Shown here piece after piece: positions 39,560 to 53,282 of a stretch of 64,000 bases of DNA. A program made the position numbers and the translations under genes. Origin of the DNA: Octopus vulgaris (lineage: Eukaryota); assembly GCA_951406725.2 (NCBI GenBank), contig OX597817.1, positions 166,036,001-166,100,000 of the forward strand. Direction: 5' to 3'. How positions within the stretch are numbered: position 1 is the stretch's first letter; the number at the start of each line of letters is the position of its first letter. Under the pieces are notes generated by a model. The model was not told where the DNA came from. It did not search any database and saw nothing but the letters and a program-made list of their open reading frames with translations.

Positions 39560-39812
39560 TAAAACTCTTTGTAACACCACAGATTAACTGAAGGCAAGGA
39601 TTATGGCAGCATTCACCAACTTAAACAAGGAGACTGTCTAGAACATTTTCAGGAGATTCCAAAGTTGCCTAGAGGCACTGGTTTAAGCCAATGGCGATTT
39701 TATTGAATAAATGTATTCTGTATTATTTCAAGATATTTTAATGTAATTTTGGTGAATATATCTGTTATTTTCTTTTTTGCGTAAATTAGACGACAATACA
39801 TTCGCCGCACCC
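39560..39812 (+). pseudogene. Tc1/mariner-superfamily transposase C-terminal remnant
   Basis: LKARIMAAFTNLNKETV*NIFRRFQSCLEALV*ANGDFIE*. Confidence 0.6.
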
Positions 39813-39855
39813 TACATGCATACATACATAGATACAAGCATACATACATGCGTCC

Positions 39856-39907
<52 letters not shown>

Positions 39908-39909
<2 letters not shown>

Positions 39910-40933
39910 GCAGTAACGCCCGGCGTTACTCGGGTTTGTAAGGGAAATAACTATATAAGCATTGTTAGAGAGTTACTTCCCGTATAGATGCCAATTCGGG
40001 CTTTCTTAGCCATTTCTGTTTTGGTGTCTTCAAGACATGAAGTCGTTGTTCTAAAAGAACGCTGGTCTCCTTGACAACGCTTTACGACGTTGATTTCCTT
40101 ACACTCCCTTCCCCACAGCTTCACGAGGGATGGAAGAAGGGGAGAAGCAAACAGGTGCAGGTGTGACCATGGACGCCAACTCCGCCGCCATCGACACACG
40201 AAAAATTATGCATTAAAATGGAATAAAAAATGATGTTAAATTATTTTTAAAATCGTAGACTCATCGTAGACGGGCGCTAATACTCAGACGGGCTCGATAT
40301 GAATCACGACTATAAGATACCCGAATTTGGTTAAACTGCACCGCAAAATGTGGGAGTAGTTAGGAATCTAAATCGAAGGGGACAGACACTCACACAACTA
40401 CAGTTTTATATATATACTAGCAGTATCGCCCGGCGTTGCTCGGGTTTGTAAGGGAAATAACTATATAAGCATTTTTAGAGAGTTACTTCCTTTATAGATG
40501 CCAATTCGGGCTTTCTTAGCCATTTCTGTTTTGGTGTCTTCAAGCCATGAAGTCGTTGTTCTAAAAGAACGCTGGTCTCCTTGACAACGCATTACGACGT
40601 TGATTTCCTTAAACTCCCTTCCCCACAGCTTCACGAGGGAGGGAAGAAGGGGGAGAAGCAAACACAGGTGCAGGTGTTTGAGCGTGGACACCAACTCCGC
40701 CGCCATCGACACACGAAAAATTATGCATTAAAATGGAATAAAAAATGATGTTAAATTATTTTTAAAATCGTAGACTCATCGTAGACGCGCGCTACTACTC
40801 AGACGGGCTCGATATGAATCACGACTATAAGATACCCGAATTTGGTTAAACTGCACCGCAAAATGTGGGAGGAGTTAGGAATCTAAATCGTAGGAGACAG
40901 ACACTCACACAACTACAGTTTTATATATATAGA
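39908..40933 (-). mobile_element. Head-to-tail Helitron dimer (39908-40415, 40417-40933)
   Basis: Two ~510-bp near-identical units; the second has intact TC...CTAG ends on the minus strand. Confidence 0.9.
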
Positions 40934-41639
40934 TATATATATATATATACGCATACACTCGTATACACTCAAATGTCTCGCACTAAAACAAGATTGCATT
41001 CAATGTGCATGCACTATATGTATGTGTGGGCGTATGCGTGTCTATGTGTGTGTGTGCATGTGCGTGTGTGTGTATTCGTGTATGTGGGTGGGTGGGTGGG
41101 TGGGTGCGTGCCTGTCTGAACATATGTGCGTACTCGTTTACGTCTTTTTTTTTTTTCCCCCAATAGAAAATTTATTAACAAAATAAATATTTGTGGTTAA
41201 TTAATTCTCTGGTGGGCCACTTTTGCACAACTGGAATATTGTATTACTAAACATTCAAAATTATGAATATTAATTTATTAGCTTAATTATAAATATAATC
41301 AATCATGCAACATGGAAGTGATGGGAGTTAGTAGAAGCTCAGTTTGACAAATGCAATTTGGCGCTTATTCTAAAACGTGAGTTCGATTCGTGCTAAAAGC
41401 TTACTTATACTGTTGTATTATGTCCCAGATTTCAATGTCTATTCGTGCAATCGGTATTACATAATCTTCGCTTATATTTGTGTTTTCAAACTTTTAAAGG
41501 ATCTATTTAACTCATATGCTGTTCAAACGGCTGGAACAAAGAAATAGATGTGATACCATTACGCCAACGTTTTGCTTGTCATCTATACATACATACATAC
41601 ATACATACATACATACATACATACATACATACATACATG

Positions 41640-41946
41640 TGGAGGCGCAATGGCCCAGTGGTTGGGACAGCGGACTCGCTGTCGTAGGATCGCGGTTTCG
41701 ATTCCCAGACCGGGCGTTGTGATTGTTTATTGAGCGAAAACACCTAAAGCTCCACGAGGCTCCGGCAGGGGGTGGTGGTGATGGTCCCTGCTGTACTCTT
41801 TCACCACAATTTTCTCTCACTCTTTCTTCTGTTGGCCTGCTCGCTTAGCCAGCGGGGTGGCGTCATTGAAGGCTAAAACAATGCGAAGCGCATTGTCATC
41901 AGCGATGTGTAGCAACATCTGATGACCTGGTCGGTCACATGATCAC
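41640..41946 (+). mobile_element. SINE, head B + tail B
   Basis: Matches 22757-23071. Confidence 0.87.
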
Positions 41947-42782
41947 ATCCATCCATCCATCCATCCATCCATCCATCCATCCATCCATCCATCCATACAT
42001 ACATACATACATACATATCTTGTACTTTTTACTTGTTTCAATCATTCAAATGCAGCCATACTGGAACAGCATCTTGAAATTTTAGTCGAATGTATCGGCC
42101 CCAGTAATTATCATTTTTGAAAGACTGCTACTTACTCTATCGCTCTACCCTGCTGAACCGCTAAGTTACGGGACCGTAAACACACCAGCAGCGGTTGTTA
42201 AGCGGTGATGGGGTGGGGACCGAACACTGACACAAAGACATCAAAGACACACACACACACACACACACACACATGCAAATGTATATATATATATATATAC
42301 ATTTAAAATAATAAGGGTAAAAAAGTAAATATTAATTTGATTAATTTAAAACCAATGGTCTAGCATATAGAAAAATTTGAAGATTCAGAAAAATTATATT
42401 ACGTATATATAAGAGGGATGACCACTAAGTCATACAAATATAGACTTTCTTTTACGATTTGATGGAAACGGCGACGAATTCGAAAGGGGAAGTCGGTATA
42501 GCACTAAGATTCAAGATGTCTTTGGCAGTGACATGTTATTTTTCCGGATACTAGAGGAGAACTGTGGGAAATTGTTTCTGCTTCAATAGGCGTCCTCAGC
42601 CTGGTTTATGCGTATATGTCAGTGTCCGTGCCTGTAGTTTATGCTTACCGATGGTATGTCCCTCTACGTCAGACAACAACCTAAAGATTAGAAAACGCAT
42701 AACGTCAAAATAAATATCTAGCTGAAAAATCTTCTGCTATTCATAAAATCATCGAAAACCCCGTCGAATTATATTTCCCCAA

Positions 42783-42828
42783 GACACCTGATGAAGGCTG
42801 GAGGTTATATCAGCCGAAACGTTGTGTT
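42783..42828 (+). ncRNA. Minimal type I hammerhead ribozyme (canonical core)
   Basis: GACAC-CTGATGA-A-GGCTG-10 nt-CAGCC-GAA-ACGT-T-GTGTT. Confidence 0.75.
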
Positions 42829-43034
42829 AACAACAAACAAGATTAGGACAAATATCCGTCGAATGTAAATAATATAAATAATGTACATAATTTCTCTTCT
42901 CTTAAATATAGAACCCCTCGAATTATATTCTGAGGTCCGTTTCCCTTACCTACATAGTCATTAAACTATTCGTTGGTTCTCTCACAAACTGTGAATCCTG
43001 GGTTATTGTAGGTATTTAGCACCTACTATATGAT

Positions 43035-43612
43035 GGTTTCAAATTTTGCCACAAGGGCAACAATTTTTTTTTTGGGGGGGGGGGGATAGTTGATTACATC
43101 GACCCCAGTACTTGACTGGTATTTAATTTATCGACCCCAAAAAGATGAAAGGCAAAGTCGACATCGGCGGAATTTGAAATCAGAACGTAGCGGCAGATGA
43201 AATACCCATTTTTTTACTACCCACAAGGGGCTAAACACAGAAGGAACAAACAAGGACAGACAAACGGATTAAGTCGATTATATTGACCCCCCCAGTGCAT
43301 AACTGGTACTTATTTAATCGACCCCGAAAGGATGAAAGGCAAAGTCGACATCGGCGGAATTTGAAATCAGAACGTAGCGGAAGATGAAATACCCATTTCT
43401 TTACTACCCACAAGGGGCTAAACACAGAGAGGACAAACAAGGACAGACAAACGGATTAAGTCGATTATATTGACCCCCAGTGCATAACTGGTACTTATTT
43501 AATCGACCCCGAAAGGATGAAAGGCAAAGTCGACCTCGGCGTAAATTTGAACTCAGAACGTAGCGACAGACGAAATACCGCTAAGCATTTCGCTAACCAC
43601 TCTGCCAGCTCA
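43035..43612 (-). mobile_element. Deu/Nin-like SINE trimer (~187-bp units, one head)
   Basis: Three copies of CGACCCC(G/A)AAA(G/A)GATGAAAGGCAAAGTCGAC. Confidence 0.8.
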
Positions 43613-44326
43613 TCGTATTAGCGCCTGCTATATAACAAAAAGGTCCAGTTTTATCAATTGTGTAAGAGCGTGGTCTAGTCGTTCAGGTATAGAGTTAATG
43701 ATTATGTGGGCAGTCATAGGTCCGATTCTTGAACCGGGAGAACGTGCTGTGATTTGAAGCAAGGCACTACAGTTCCCTTTGCTCCAGTCTACTCAACTGA
43801 GAAAGAGTAACAACCGAGTGTAGTTACTCTCTCTCTCTCTCTCTCTCGCTCTGCCTCCTTGTACCTATCACAGCTTATATGTTCCACTAATTAAAGGTGT
43901 AGCGCGCCGAGATGCCTACGCCCTGCGACTACTTAAACACCTAAAACATATTCTGAAAGCTACCAAACTATACTCGCTTGCGAGTGATGGCCTTGCTTAT
44001 GATATCCCTCATCCGTTGTTACTTCGCCCCGAGCAGTAAGCAGTTTCAATTAATTTTCAGGTGGTTTCACCACGTCAGGTCAACTTTCTTACTTATGTTT
44101 ACACACCCTATCAGCCTCTATTGTTTTTCCCACACACTGAGGTCCCTTATTCCCTTATTGTTACAGTCCCTACTTACACCTCCCCACTTGATACACTCAG
44201 CCACTGACATGAGAACAAACGCAAATATGTTTCAAACTGCTAATGGTCACAAAAAGATTTGACATTAACAACATCGTTTCCACTCTCATCTCTTCCTCCT
44301 TCATTTTTTTTTCTCTCATTTTCATA

Positions 44327-44362
<36 letters not shown>

Positions 44363-44754
44363 CCCCTTAAGTAGACAGATGTTAAGGGCGTGAGGTGACC
44401 GCGTAGAAGCGGGTTAAATCCAGATTAGAAACCTTAGTTTTTTCATGGAGTCTCACCTATTCCCTTCCTTGACTCTTAATGTTGTGACCATATAAATGCC
44501 CTGCATGTTTGTTTTGGGCGAATTTATATCGGAAATAGAAGAGAATAACAACAAAATCCTCTCTTTCTTGGTCGTATCTGCTTCGCTTTGTGTTTTTTTA
44601 TTATTTAAATTCCATTTTTTATTTATTTATTTATTTTATTTATTTATTTTATTTGTTTATTTTAGATAAGAGCGTGAGACAAAAAAAATTTGAAATGTAG
44701 TAAAGCATGCTGTTCGTGAGCAGTAACTAATACGACAGTTGGAACAGACATACA

Positions 44755-45245
44755 TAATCACACACACACGCACACACACGCACATACACTTACACACACA
44801 CACGCACTCACACACACACACACACGCACACACATACGTATACACACGCACACACACATGCGAACACATGCACGCACACGCACACACACGCACGCACGAA
44901 CACACACGCACAACACACGCGCACGCATACACGCACACGCGCGCACACAAACATACGCGCACACACCAGGCGCACAAACTCGCACACACATGCGCGCACA
45001 CACACGCACGTACGCACACATGCACACACGCACATACACGCACGTGCACATGCACACACGCACACGCACACATGCAAAAACGCACGCACACACACGCACG
45101 CACGCACATGCACACACTCCAACACGCACACATGCAAAAACGCACGCACGCACACACACACGCACACATGCACGCACGCACACACGCACGTACGCACACA
45201 CGCACACACACACGCACATACCCAAGCACACACACACACACACTC
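44755..45245. repeat. (CA/CG)n compound microsatellite
   Basis: Visible alternating purine-pyrimidine tract. Confidence 0.95.
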
Positions 45246-45327
45246 ATGTGTGTATATTGCACGTTTAAGTGCTGGAGCAACAATTAAATATTCATTGACC
45301 TATCCTCAGCTTCATATATGTATATAT

Positions 45328-45742
45328 ACTCTTTTAATCTTTTACATGTTTCAGTCATTTGACTGTGGCCATGCTGGAGCACCGCCTTTAGTCGAGCAAA
45401 TCGACCCCGGGAGTTATTCTTTGTAAGCCCAGTACTTATTCTATCGGTCTCTTTTTGCCGAACCGCTAAGTAACGGGGACGTAAACACACCAGCATCGGT
45501 TGTCAAGCAATGCTAGGGGGACAAACACAGACACACAAACACATACACACACATACATATACATATATATACATATATACGACAGGCTTCTTTCAGTTTC
45601 CATCTACCAAATCCACTCACAAGGCATTGGTCGGCCCGGGGCTATAGCAGAAGACACTTGCCCAAGATGCCACGCAGTGGGACTGAACCCTGAACCATGT
45701 GGTTGGTTAGCAATCTACTTACCACACAGCCACTCCTGCGCC
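45328..45742 (-). mobile_element. SINE family A, full length
   Basis: Identity to other copies. Confidence 0.92.
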
Positions 45743-45770
45743 TATATATATGTATATATATTTATATATG

Positions 45771-45951
45771 CGAGGAGGTGCAGAAAATTTCCTGGCTTTG
45801 GGTAAAAGAAAATACAGGAAGATCAGATTCACATTCTAATTGCAGCGGTCCTTCAGTTTTTCTAAGCTCTGTAAAAGGACTTGGGAGGTAGGGCCTCCAA
45901 CCAGACCTTTAGCGACACCCTTAGAGCCAGGAACTTTTCAGCACCTCATTG
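45771..45951. mobile_element. Mariner-type MITE (181 bp)
   Basis: TIRs CGAGGAGGTGCAGAAAATTTCCTGGCT / AGCCAGGAACTTTTCAGCACCTCATTG. Confidence 0.7.
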
Positions 45952-46399
45952 CATGTAAGTATGCATGCATGCATGTATGTATGTATGTATGTATGTATGT
46001 ATGTATGTATGTATGTATGTATGTATGAATGTATGTATGTATGTATGTACATGAGTATGTATGCATGCCTCTCAGTGTGTTCACGTATGAAGCAGCGCGT
46101 ACACACAAACCACATATATGCACACAGATATAATGCTAAATTAAGTTAAAGGCAAAGGCATTTAGACAGATCAATAGACTGATCGACAGACAGGTAGGCA
46201 GGCAGTTGGAGAAACAGATAAGTGTCGATTTGATAGATAATTCATTTGAATATCTGATGAATATTCATGAACTTAACATAAAGGTAGACAGTATCAATAA
46301 AAATGATTATGTCAACTTGTCTAACGGACCCATAAAAATGACGGCATTTTAAAGGAAATAATCAGAGTAGTATTTCATAAATGCATTGACATAACCTTC

Positions 46400-46478
<79 letters not shown>

Positions 46479-46481
<3 letters not shown>

Positions 46482-46720
46482 CAAAATAAAAATACAAGAA
46501 TATCCAGAGATAAAGCATTACGGTCGTTTCATGCAACTCCATTTAACTGAACAATGCGGTGTCCATCTGATCTAATTCAATTAGCTTCTATGTCATTATG
46601 CAGCTCAAGATTGCCCTGCATTTTAAATTGATATAATGAATGCATTGTTCAATTAAATGGAGTTGCATGAAACGATCGTACTGCATTACCTCTGGATATC
46701 CTTGTTGCTTATTTTGATTT
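46479..46720. repeat. Inverted repeat (~80-bp arms) next to (TA)n, with a degenerate HHR half
   Basis: Right arm ATGCA...TGCAT-GAAACGATCGTA (palindromic stem III); the CUGANGA core is decayed. Confidence 0.7.
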
Positions 46721-46791
46721 TAATCACATTACTTTGAAATTGTATGGATAATACCGTACTAAATTCTGGTGCCTCAACTTAAGTGCCATAT

Positions 46792-46867
<76 letters not shown>

Positions 46868-47229
46868 CACCTAGGCATCACAAAATACGTATAGCTAAAT
46901 GCAGTCTGCATAAAAATTCATATACCAGTTGTGATATATTTTCTCAATTGTAAATGTAGTGTGCATTCCTTACACTTATAGGTAACATTATGATATCTCC
47001 TATATATATAAGACTGCTAGCTGAAACATACATACATACATATATCACAATATATAAAATTTATCCAATATAGGCTCATTCCATATATTTTCTGTAGTTA
47101 ATATATATGAGTTACCGTATAAAAATACAGTAATTTCCACGTACTACAACGTACTATCATATATGATATATATATAAGTCAAACATTGCTTGTATACAAT
47201 ACATTGTGCATCATACATTGCTTATCATA

Positions 47230-49339
47230 CAAGAGGAAGTAAAAAATTATCCACAATTTCGTCAAATCTTTCTTTAGGTGGGACGCACTGACTCCAGCGC
47301 TCAGCTGATAAAAGATGGAGCGTTTGTGGTTACGTAACCGAGGTTTCATCGTGATCCCTCCATCTTTCTTTCTTATTTTACAGGCGCAGGAGTGGCTGTG
47401 TGGTAAGTAGCTTGCTAACCAACCACATGGTTCCGGGTTCAGTCCCACTGCGTGGCATCTTGTGCAAGTGTCTTCTGCTATAGCCCCGGGACGACCAATG
47501 CCTTGTGAGTGGATTTGGTAGGCGGAAACTGAAAGAAGCCTGTCGTATATATGTATATATATATATATATATAAGTGTGTGTGTGTATGTTTGTGTTTCT
47601 GTGTTTGTCCCCCTAGCATTGCTTGACAACCGATGCTGGTGTGTTTACGTCCCCGTAACTTAGCGGTTCGGCAAAAGAGACCGATAGAATAAGTACTGAG
47701 CTTACAAAGAATAAGTCCCGGGGTCGATTTGCTCGACTAAAGGCGGTGCTCCAGCATGGCCGCAGTCAACTGACTGAAACAAGTAAAAGAGTAAAAGAGA
47801 GTAAAGAGTAAAGAGTAAACATAGATGCTCCGCTGGCAGTGTGCACCAAAGAAGAACAGAGATCCGTAGCACGATTTCGCTGGTCTGAACGTGTGTCAAG
47901 AGCTGAAATTCATATTCATCGCAGGATTTCACTACAATATGGGGAAGTCCCTCTATTGCATAAAAGGGTGTATGAGTAGATCGAGGAGTTTTTAAATGGC
48001 TAGAAAAGCTTGGAGCACGAAGAAGGAGAAAAATGCCTACCAACATCCACCATTGGTGTGAAGATCCAACAAGCTTGAGAGATGGTTCTGACGATGAGAT
48101 GGTATATTCTCTGCAATTTAGCTATGATTCTGCATAGAAAATATCCACAACTTCACTTCTGTAAAGTCTGTGCAAGATGAGTGCCAAGAGAGCTTACCGA
48201 AACACATAAACGCAATCGGGTGGAGATCTGACAACGCTTTCTTCACCGCTACAACGAGGAAAGCAAAGCTTTTCTGGAAAGATAAGTAACCGGTAATAAG
48301 ATCCTGGGTTCGTCACTTTAAGCTAGAATCCAAAGGGCAGAGTATGGAGTGGAAATATCTAGAATTCCTAGCGAAAATCGTTCTGGCGGGGCGCAAAAGG
48401 GCTTATACGGGAACATTATCTTGAAAAGGGATCTATAATCACCAGTGTAAGCGACATTAATATGTTGACCAACGAAGTGAAACCAGTAAATCGCACCAAA
48501 GGCCGATGTCTATTGTCAAAGCAAGTATTACTGCAGCATGAAAATGCACGCCAACATGCAGGTGCCCACACCGCTGAAACCATTGAAATATTGGATTTCG
48601 AGTTGCTGGGACACCCTGCATACAATCCAGATCTTGTTCCTTTCGACTATCACCTCTTTGGCTCGCTCAAACATCCTTTTCGAGGTCGTCGATTTGCTAC
48701 GGACGAAGAAGCGCAGGAAGCGGAACATAAATGGCTGCACGTTGAGCTGAAAACCTTCTTCTAATGGAACGGGCAATCTTGTAGACGGCTAGAAGAAGTG
48801 CATCGCGGATTAAGAAGACGTCATCGAAATAATGCTGTAACTGTTCAACCTTTGCTTGTAATTTCATAGGCGCAGGAGTGGCTGTGTGGTAAGTAGCTTG
48901 CTAACCAACCACATAGTTCCGGGTTCAGTCCCACTGCGTGGCATCTTGGGCAAGTGTCTTCTGCTATAGCCCCGGGCCAACCAATGCCTTGTGAGTGGAT
49001 TTGGTAGACGGAAACTGAAAGAAGCCTGTCGTATATATGTATATATATATATAAGTGTGTGCGTATATGTTTGTATGTTTGTGTGTTTGTCCCCCTAGCA
49101 TCGCTTGACAACCGATGCTGGTGTGTTTATGTCCCCGTCACTTAGCGGTTCGGCAAAAGAGACCGATAGAATAAGTACTGGGCTTACAAAGAATAAGTCC
49201 CGGGGTTGATTTGCTCGACTAAAGGCGGTGCTCCAGCATGGCCGCAGTCAAATGACTGAAACAAGTAAAAGAGTAAAAGAGAGTAAAGAGTAAGAGTATT
49301 ACAGAAACAAAATTGCGTATAATTTTTTACTTACCCTCG
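47230..49339 (+). mobile_element. Full-length decayed mariner transposon carrying two SINE A insertions (47383-47818, 48869-49298)
   Basis: TIRs CAAGAGGAAGTAAAAAATTATCCACAATTT / AAATTGCGTATAATTTTTTACTTACCCTCG; TA on the left, CA on the right; about 1.24 kb after removing the SINEs. Confidence 0.88.
47821..48832 (+). pseudogene. Mariner (DD34D-type) transposase pseudogene
   Basis: CTKEEQRSVARF; KVCAR*VPREL (WVPxEL motif); SKGQSMEW; LLQHENARQH; HPAYNPDLVPFDYHLF (YSPDLAP motif); many stops and frameshifts. Confidence 0.92.
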
Positions 49340-49479
49340 CAATTTAGAGTTCTTTCATTTAATATTTCTTTACAAAACATTTGGAATGACATATCGATGG
49401 TTGGTTTTACTATATACAGTTTCATGATGCAGAAGAAGAAACTTGTTTCCAATCAGGTTTTTTGATCGAATCCATGTTA

Positions 49480-49676
49480 AAAAAAAGTCACAGGTAAAAT
49501 AGTCTCAGAGAAAAGAGTCACGGAAAAAAAGTAACTGGGGCGGTTCTGACCAAGGTGGTTTTTATCCTATTGGGGTTTTGTCTGAATCCCATAAATTAAT
49601 TATGACTTTTTTCCTGGCCAAAATTGTGATTTTATTACCGTGACTTCTTTTCCTGTGACTTTATTACGGGTCACCT
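49480..49676. mobile_element. Foldback MITE with AAAAGTCAC / GTGACTTT subrepeats
   Basis: Inverted arrays of short subrepeats. Confidence 0.55.
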
Positions 49677-49943
49677 TTTGATTATCACTTCTTCCTGTAT
49701 ATAGTCTCACTCAGGTAATCATTGCTTCTGTGTTCACAGGCAGTTTTTGCTTGTTTTAGTCATTAGAATGCAATCATGTCGGAGTACGACCATGAAATAT
49801 TTAGTCGAAGAAATCAAACCCAATACTTGTTTTTTTTAAACCTGTTACATAGCCTATCAATCTCTTTTGTCAAATCGCTAAGTTACGAAGACATAAACAC
49901 CGGTTGGCAAGTGATATATTTCTTTTTTTGCGTCCTCGTATAT

Positions 49944-49982
<39 letters not shown>

Positions 49983-50065
49983 ATTATGTATGTATGTATG
50001 CATGTATGTATGTATTTATGTATGTATGTGTGTATGTATATGTATGTATATGTATGTATATGTGA

Positions 50066-50400
50066 AGGCGCATGGCTCAGTGGTTAGAGCGTTGAGCTTA
50101 CGATCGTGAGGTTGTGAGCTCGAATCCCGGACCGGGCTGCGTGTTGTGTTCTCGAGCAAGGCACTTTATTTCACGTTGTTCCAGTTCACTCAGTTGTAGA
50201 AATGAGTTGCAACGTCACAGGTGCCAAGCTGTATCGACCTTTGTCTTTCCCTTGGATAACACTGGTGGCGTGGAGAGGGGAGGCCGGTATGCATGGGCGA
50301 CTGCTGGTCTTCCATAAACAACCTTGCCCGGACTTGTGTCTAGGAGGGTAACTTTCTAGGTGCAATCCCATGGTCATTCATGACCGAAGGGGGTCTTTAC
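50066..50400 (+). mobile_element. SINE, head C + tail D
   Basis: GGCGCATGGCTCAGTGG (A box), GAGCTCGAATCCC (B box), GAGCAAGGCACTTTATTTCACGTTG. Confidence 0.85.
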
Positions 50401-50420
50401 CCCTTTATGTATATATATAT

Positions 50421-50957
<537 letters not shown>

Positions 50958-51228
50958 GACTACTGCCTTCAACAAGTCTACAACGGTTTCTCTTCTGCTC
51001 GTAAGCCGTTCTTCAGAATGCGTTCAATGAATTCTTCCACCGTCTAGGCTTAAAAAAGCCCTTATTGTTGTTTCTCTTGTCCTGTATTTTACTGTTTTTA
51101 TCTTTACTTGTACTGTTTTTTTCTATATTTGTATTGCTTTTACTGTCCTGTTCTTGTCACCTTTTTTTACCCCTCCGAAAATTTTTTTTATTTAATTCGC
51201 TTTGCGGGAAGGATTGTTTCAAAGTTGT

Positions 51229-51290
51229 CGTGTTCTGCTCTTACCTTCGAAACACGCAATAAGTCGAAACAGGGGCAGCTGAAGAATGGA
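51229..51290 (+). ncRNA. Candidate permuted hammerhead ribozyme, family 2
   Basis: CGTGT-T-CTGCTC-TTA-CCTTC-GAA-ACACG-16 nt-GGGCAG-CTGAAGA-ATGG. A partial second copy lies at ~53330-53525 (-). Confidence 0.45.
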
Positions 51291-51504
51291 AATGTTCCTT
51301 GTGTTGTATGTCTTGTACTCTGTTTTTTTCGTTGTTAAAAAAAAGTCCGTTTCCTTGTTTTGTTTTTATGTTTTCGTTTCTTGTTGTGTTCTACGATTTT
51401 TTTTGTGGTGTCCTGTAGTCCTGTACCCATATATGCATGTATATATACATATAGATGTAGGTATGTACATAAATGTATGCATATGTTTTATTTATTAAAT
51501 TGTT

Positions 51505-51689
51505 GTGTGTTTGTGTGTCTGTGTTTGTCTCCTAGCATTGCTTGACAACCGATGCTGGTGTGTTTATGTCCCCATTACTTAGCGGTTCGGCAAAAAGAGA
51601 CCGATAGAATAAGTACTGGCCTTACAAAAGAATAAGTCCCGGGGTCGAGTTGCTCGATTAAAGGCGGTGCTCCAGCATGGCCGCAGTTA

Positions 51690-51739
<50 letters not shown>

Positions 51740-51957
51740 TGTGTGTGTTTGTGTGTCTGTGTTTGTCCCCTAGCATTGCTTGACAACCGATGCTGGTGTG
51801 TTTATGTCCCCATTACTTAGCGGTTCGGCAAAAAGAGACCGATAGAATAAGTACTGGCGTTACAAAAGAATAAGTCCCGGGGTCGAGTTGCTCGATTAAA
51901 GGCGGTACTCCAGCATGGCCGCTGTCAAATGACTGAAACAAGTAAAAGAGTAAAAGA

Positions 51958-51960
<3 letters not shown>
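51505..51960 (+). mobile_element. Two tandem SINE A tails
   Basis: 51505-51688 and 51740-51960 are near-identical. Confidence 0.88.
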
Positions 51961-52044
<84 letters not shown>

Positions 52045-52986
52045 ATGATTCTGCCAGCTCGCCGCCTTGATTAATAATCCTTTCTACTGTTGGCAGGGGC
52101 CTGAAATTTGGGGGAGGGGATAGTCGATTACATCGACCTCAGTGCTCATCTGGTACTGCTTTTATCGATACTGTGGGAAGAAAGCAAAGTCGACCAACTC
52201 AGGATTTGAAATCAAGAATGTCAAACCACAAGAATGCCGCTCAACACTTTGACCAGCGTACTAACAATTTTACCAGAATAATAAATGAATAATTAAACGA
52301 AAATAAAATTACAAGATATAAGCGGGACCAGCCATCTGAATGTGGCTAGGGACAGGGCGGGGTGGTGGGGGTGTTACTGATGCATTTAGCCCCAGGCGAC
52401 TATAGACGTCACCAGGAGAGCCGACACCATCACGGTGTCCTTGCTAGCCTGTAAAGGGAGATCAGCCTCCCCGAAGATACGGATGCTACACACGGACCGG
52501 TTTCGAGGTGGTCGCCTCTCGTCAAGAGGAATACAAAAATGATTAATTGAATTATTTCATTTCTTTAAATACGCCTAGTGAGACAACTTCACAAGATAAA
52601 CAAATAAATGTAAGAAAATATCTTAGAAACTAACTATATAGCAGAATAACTCAGAATAATATAGAAACATATAATGTTTGTACCGTAGAGGCTAGAAAGA
52701 CGTATATTGTGAGGGGTGTATTGTTAGTAAATCAACACAATTTTCAACAACAAAGCTAAGGCACTCTTGACAGTTAAAGGCACTAATTAATTTATGACAT
52801 TGCAAGGGGCCCAAGGTCAAGTAAAAAGAGATCGTATTCTAAAGAAGAAAACATAAAAACATAGTACATTAACAGGAAAATATAGCAGAATACTAATTCA
52901 CAGGCGTTTGCATTGTCGCATATGAAAACATATAGACTTATTAAGCTATATACAAACAAATGCATTACTATATACGCAAATGTGTG

Positions 52987-53056
<70 letters not shown>

Positions 53057-53061
<5 letters not shown>

Positions 53062-53172
53062 ATAGAAGGAGCTTCTACAGGACTAGAACTGTTTCATTCA
53101 AATGAAATCTTCAGGAAGCTTCCTGAAGATTTCATTTGTGAACAGTTCTAGTCCTGTATCCTTCTATAAAAT
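53057..53172. repeat. Spacer-less palindrome next to (TA)n
   Basis: Centred on AAGCTT (53116-53121); arms contain CTGAAGA...GAA(A)CAGTTC. Confidence 0.85.
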
Positions 53173-53239
53173 AAATTAATTTATCTGCTATGTATTGAGT
53201 ACCTTATTTACTGTGGTTAACCCCGCTCAACCCGGGACC

Positions 53240-53282
<43 letters not shown>

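Noticed and set aside
41640-41715. SINE heads as functional tRNA genes
   Set aside because: A/B boxes are present but there is no complete cloverleaf, and the sequence runs straight into SINE bodies.
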